From contig NIVC01001656.1 of NCBI GenBank assembly GCA_002269645.1, positions 1 through 42,743 of the forward strand: a stretch of DNA of 42,743 bases. The letters run 5' to 3'. This stretch comes from Macrostomum lignano. Its lineage: Eukaryota. The notes below the pieces were generated by a model that was not told where the DNA came from, ran no database searches, and saw only the letters and a list, made by a program, of their open reading frames with translations. Positions 35,501 through 42,743 of this stretch are shown one piece after another (the first letter of the stretch is position 1; each line of letters begins with the position of its first letter). Made by a program: the position numbers and the translations under genes.

Positions 35501-35904
35501 AATGTGTTATCACTGACCTAATCTGCTCCTTGATAAAAGTGCTTACTATTGTAAGAAATAATGATGCCTTTTAAGAAATCCAATAATATATACTACCTTT
35601 TAAAGTTATACTCTATTACTACAAGTATATAAAATCCTTTATATGACATAGCCATTGTCAATTTATAGATCATTGATAAAATATGCAGAATATAGGGCCT
35701 TTGTAAATGCCCATACTATCTTAAAGACTTTGGTGCCAGTATATACATGATGAAATTCATATCATAAGATCATTAAGTCTAAAATACCTATTACAATTTT
35801 CTTAGTACTAATAGATGGCCTTTTATAATATTTAAAATTCTTTACTAAAATTTTAGAGTTTTTAATTCAAAAGAAGTCTTGTGAAATCTATTAATTGATA
35901 AAAA

Positions 35905-37629
<1,725 letters not shown>

Positions 37630-37799
37630 TTGATGGCATTGGTCACGCTCTGAGAGCTGAACTGTGCATTCTGCAAGTGATGTTTACTTGGCTGTTTAAA
37701 AGCTGGATTGCAGTTTTGTTTTGCACTACTGCGTGCTGGTGCCATTCAGGGAAAAACTCAATCCTTAGTTTATTATATAACCTTTGAATCTTTAAGATG

Positions 37800-38115
37800 G
37801 GCCACCGCCTCCCAGATCCCCAGTTGTTGTGCCAGCCTCCCAGATCCCCAGTTGCTGGGCCAGCCTCCCAGATCCCCAGTTGCTGGGCCAGCCTTATTGA
37901 TCCTCAGTTTTTGTGCCAACCTCTCAGATCCTCAGTTTGGGGGCCAGCCTCTTAGATTCTCAGATTCTGGGCCACGATCTCCCAGATCCTCAGTTGCTGG
38001 GCCAGCCTCCCAGATCCTCAGTTGCTGGGCCAGCCTCCCAGATCCTCAGTTGCTGGGCCAGCCTCCCAGAGTGTCAGTTGCTGGGCCAGCCTCCCAAATC
38101 CTCTTATACTGGGCC
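37800..38115 (+). repeat. 28-bp minisatellite (CCTCCCAGATCCTCAGTTGCTGGGCCAG), block 1
   Basis: About 11 degenerate units downstream of UBE2E. Confidence 0.88.
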
Positions 38116-40074
38116 ACCGCTACTCTCTTGTATTTAGTTAACTATTTACACATAGATTTGTTCCACATATCGAAGTACATTTTGGCTGTCCAAACGGCTG
38201 CATCAGTTTAAATGCCAAGTTAAGCTCTTATAAGTTTCTATGCTAAAGTAGTAAATTTTAACTCTAATTTAAAGCAGGTTTTTCTCTTCACTTAATCTAT
38301 AGCTTGGATAGAATAACTAATGTCAGTGTCTGTGTGTTATATGTACTCCTAGCAACTGGAGGTTGAATTTTTGTAATCAATTAGCAAAGTGCAAGGTTGG
38401 CGACCGTTGTTGCGGACAATATTAACCCTGGAATCGCATTTCTCGCATTCGATAACGCATGATGCCTGTTGGAATATGTAAAACTGTAAAAGACAAAATC
38501 GTGTAAAAAATCGAGCAGGAAAAGTGCTGTCTGCACTACTGGCTGATCTAACAGTGGCACAGTAAGTAAGTGTGCTTATATTTTTACTTTACTTATTTAC
38601 TTGATTGTCTGAAAAAATCGTGTATAAAAGTGTGTAAACACTTTTTTTAACTCGAGTAACCAAGGCAACGTCGAATCGTGTTAAAATTGTTTGGCAAAGT
38701 TCAGCGCTTTCAAATTCTCCGTCTTTATTTATGTCCATAGCTGTTCTATTTAACTGTCTTTTTATTGTTCTATTTGTATTTTGTGTAATATCTAAGTCGC
38801 TTGGGGATAGGCTTTAAATACTGTATAGTTTAAGAAAGTAACAAAATACGAGTAACAGACTTTGTAAGTAAGCTTGCAAAACTACACGGTTGATGAAAGC
38901 TGAATTTAGCCTGTTATATTAGTGTTTATGTTGTGAATGCATTGGTCATCTAGATCAGGGTTCTGGCAGACTCCAACTCGCAAAGCCTCTTCTCCCGTTT
39001 CAAACCTTACCGTGACAAGAATCGCTGAAAAATTCGTTTTCAAACAACTCTCTGGCGATTCTAGGGCGACTCTTGTAAACTTTTTTAACGACTCAAACGT
39101 GTCTAATGCCACGAACAGGCGACTGTTGCGTCACAAGCGCAACAGATTCGTCAAGCGCGACTCTGATTCGTCATATGCACTCTAGCAGGCCTTAAGTACG
39201 TCTCTACGGCCCAGAGTCGCAGACAATAAAACGCTTTTAAGCGACTTTTAAGCGACTTTTGACGACTTGTACACCGTGACACCTCGTCTTAAAGAGTGGT
39301 CTAGAGTCAATTTCTTTCCTATTCTACCTGCGTTTCTAATCACGACTCTGGGATGCTTCTTGGCCTGGGTAACCGTTTTCACCCGCTGAGTGTTTGTCTC
39401 TTCTTAGCTCTCCTCTCCCCTCCTCTCTAGCTGGTTAAATAAAGGCTTGTACTGGAAGTGGGGAGGATCAAATCATGTAGGGAAGCTTCTTAAAAAGCAT
39501 CGATAATTTCCAATTCGTATTATTATAACTTTGCGCGTCTCAGTGTTTTCGCTTTGCTACACTTTTAACCCCGCAGTGCTTAGTGCTTTAGTGTTATATA
39601 TATAAAAAATATCACTTTCGTTAATCTTTGTTCCGCGTGTTTTTAATTTTTCTTTATATTGGTAGTTCCACTCGCACTGCTCGTTGCTGTTTTTCGAAAA
39701 AATACACATATTATTATCATTTTTCTCACAACTCGCTTTTTTGTCATACTTATACTAAAGCGAGTGTAATAAAGATCTCAAACTTTATTGTACTGTTTAA
39801 TCGATTGGTTTAACTTAAAAAAAAACTATGCAGCAGCAGACTTTTGTGTTAGTTTTATCTACATTATACTATCAAGTTGTACATTTAATACATGTTCAAG
39901 CTGCCCTCAGCCCTGATCAAGCTGGTATTTTAACACCTAGACATCTAGATACCTAGACGTATTTTAAACTCCCTAGACAAGTGCTGGAATTTTAGACGAT
40001 AATTACTCCCTAGATAAGAGGTGGAATTTAAAAACGGACGATAATTACTCCCTAGATAACCGCTGGCACTTTAA

Positions 40075-41181
40075 ACACCCGATAATTACACATCACTCTC
40101 TAGACAGGAGCTGGAACTTTAAACACCCGATAATTACACATCACTCTCTAGACAGGAGCTGGAACTTTAAACACCCGATAATTACACATCACTCTCTAGA
40201 CAGGAGCTGGAACTTTAAACACCCGATAATTACACATCACTCTCTAGACAGGAGCTGGAACTTTAAACACCCGATAATTACACATCACTCTCTAGACAGG
40301 AGCTGGAACTTTAAACACCCGATAATTAAACATTACTCTCTAGACAGGAGCTGGAACTTTAAACACCCGATAATTAAACATTACTCTCTAGACAGGAGCT
40401 GGAACTTTAAACACCCGATAATTACACATTATTCTCTAGACAGGAGCTGGAACTTTAAACACCCGATAATTACACATCACTCTCTAGACAGGAGCTGGAA
40501 CTTTAAACACCCGATAATTAAACATTACTCTCTAGACAGGAGCTGGAACTTTAAACACCCGATAATTAAACATTACTCTCTAGACAGGAGCTGGAACTTT
40601 AAACACCCGATAATTACACATTATTCTCTAGACAGGAGCTGGAACTTTAAACACCCGATAATTAAACATTACTCTCTAGACAGGAGCTGGAACTTTAAAC
40701 ACCCGATAATTAAACATTACTCTCTAGACAGGAGCTGGAACTTTAAACACCCGATAATTAAACATTACTCTCTAGACAGGAGCTGGAACTTTAAACACCC
40801 GATAATTAAACATTACTCTCTAGACAGGAGCTGGAACTTTAAACTCCCGATAATTACACATTACTCTCTAGACAGGAGCTGGAACTTTAAACACCCGATA
40901 ATTACACATTATTCTCTAGACAGGAGCTGGAACTTTAAACACCCGATAATTAAACATTACTCTCTAGACAGGAGCTGGAACTTTAAACACCCGATAATTA
41001 AACATTACTCTCTAGACAGGAGCTGGAACTTTAAACTCCCGATAATTACACATTACTCTCTAGACAGGAGCTGGAACTTTAAACACCCGATAATTACACA
41101 TTACTCTCTAGACAGGAGCTGGAACTTTAAACACCCGATAATTAAACATTACTCTCTAGACAGGAGCTGGAACTTTAAACA
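40075..41181 (+). repeat. 48-bp tandem repeat, ~23 near-identical units, preceded by shorter degenerate units from ~39940
   Basis: Unit ACACCCGATAATTACACATCACTCTCTAGACAGGAGCTGGAACTTTAA; GATAATT recurs every 48 nt from 40081 to 41137; no spacers. Confidence 0.97.
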
Positions 41182-42109
41182 GCTAAGTATTGCGTGTGAT
41201 ACGACAGATCGTAAAATGAATTTTTAATCAAATTAATACATGGAAATTACTACCTGCAATCTACAAGTACCTTTACGTACGAGTGTATGCTTAGTAGCTT
41301 CATAACATCGTTCGAACTTCGCGTCCACTTGTGGCGCACGGGTATATTTGCTACTCTATACTTCATACAATTTCTTTACGTGCTCAGTTTTGGACAATAA
41401 AACCAAAGCTTTACAACTTAATTTTGTTTTCTATTTTTTTATTGGGTGGAGCAGAACTTTATTATAGATAGACTTCTTTTATATAATTCCATCATTACCT
41501 TACTTGGTCATTTCTTCCTTTCTGCCAATTTCAGCTTTTTTGATATTGCCCTCAATTTTTTCATTAACTTTATTCACTGTTTGTTATAGAAAGGTTTGCT
41601 TCTTCATTGGCAACAAATTCTGTTACGAGAAGTGAGGACGTTTTGGCAATTCGTTGCATACTATTTAAATAACTATACGGGCTTGAACCAATTAAGCAAG
41701 TAGCCATTTGCATGTTTATATTGCAGAACTTTGCCGCTCTAGGACTGCCATTAGTCTTCCATTGGGCCAGGCTGTTCATTTATTTCTTGCGTGCCAAAGT
41801 GGATAAGTACTTTGGGTAGAATTATATAGATGTAGAAGAGTTTGGCTGCTGGTTGGAGGAGGGCGCTTTGTGTGGCGAATTAATGCTATCAGATACTTTT
41901 AGATGCTTCTCGCACTTTTCTGCCGGAATTTTCGAGGGGAGCGAATTTTATACACTTTGCGCTTTCTTACTTGAGCTCTCCCTTGAAGTGTCGCTTGGCC
42001 TTCCATCATTTTATGATCTGCTATACCTTTTCAGATTCTTGGAATGCACTGTTATTCAGAGTGTTAAATTAAGCCCATTAGCCTAACAAATCATGAGACT
42101 GAGCTCCTA

Positions 42110-42410
42110 TCTTCTTAGATCCGCAGTTGTTGGGCCAACATCTCAATGATGATCCCCAGTTGCTGGGCCAGCCTTATTGATCCTCAGTTTTTGTGCCAAC
42201 CTCCCAGATCCTCAGTTTGGGGGCCAGCCTCTGGGCCACGATTCTGGGCCACGATCTCCCAGATCCCCAGTTGCTGGGCCATCCTCCCAGAGTGTCAGTT
42301 GCTCGGCCAGCCTCCCAGATACTCAGTTTCTGGGCCAGCCTCTCAGATCCTCAGTTGCTGTTCCATACAGCCTCCTAGATCCTCAGTTTCTGAGGCAGAT
42401 CCTCACACTG
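42110..42410 (+). repeat. 28-bp minisatellite, block 2
   Basis: Same unit and same irregular variants as block 1. Confidence 0.85.
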
Positions 42411-42743
42411 AGGCTGCCGCCTTCCCAGATTCGCAGGATGAACCGACCTGAGTTACATGCATGTACTTGTAAATTTGGCCAAGCCACGTAATCATTGGGT
42501 TAGGCGAATCTTGCCCAGTGTTGTTTAATGAATCTTGCGTAGGCATGCGTGTGTAGGCATACAATGTATACTATACATTGTATAGAGTGGGCCATTAGGT
42601 ACGAATCTATTTGAGACCAGTGGAAATGAAGCCCCCTCTTTTAGAAGCCAATGGCAATAAAATAAGCAGGCTTATTGTTGTGCCCAACCCCCGCTTGGCT
42701 ATAAAAACCATTCTAGCCAGAAATATAAGCGATTATAAATTTC

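Noticed and set aside
40075-41181. CRISPR array or repeat-protein ORF (HPIITHHSLDRSWNFK)n
   Set aside because: No spacers and eukaryotic context. One open frame in a 16-codon unit is expected by chance, there is no start codon, and the unit variants are non-synonymous.
41570-42086. Minus-strand ORFs near the right end
   Set aside because: Interrupted by several stops, with no splice support or recognisable domain.

Overview
Eukaryotic (metazoan, probably invertebrate) genomic DNA with short GT-AG introns and many transposon relics. It is not prokaryotic and has no CRISPR array, rRNA or true tRNA gene. From left to right: two tandem, highly divergent ETS-like transcription factor genes (+); two tandem Mx-like dynamin GTPase genes (-; about 697 and 743 aa by my hand splicing); a signal peptide-PAN/Apple-C-type lectin gene (+) head-to-head with the second Mx; SINE/LINE debris with two poorly supported unknown genes; an intact LINE-type RNase H ORF lacking its RT; a CpG desert of about 2.8 kb; a UBE2E-type E2 gene with a (GATA)n intron; and 28-bp and 48-bp minisatellites. 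The first Mx copy carries a defective Ty3/gypsy element in intron 4 (5-bp TSD), itself interrupted by a MITE (8-bp TSD). Best lead: the two Mx-like paralogs are about 99% identical in the GTPase exon but unalignable in the segment that maps to vertebrate Mx loop L4, and a cluster of STAT/GAS-type palindromes lies upstream of Mx-B. Together these suggest a STAT-inducible invertebrate antiviral locus that diversifies its specificity loop (inference). All gene models, alignments and counts were done by eye and need computational confirmation.
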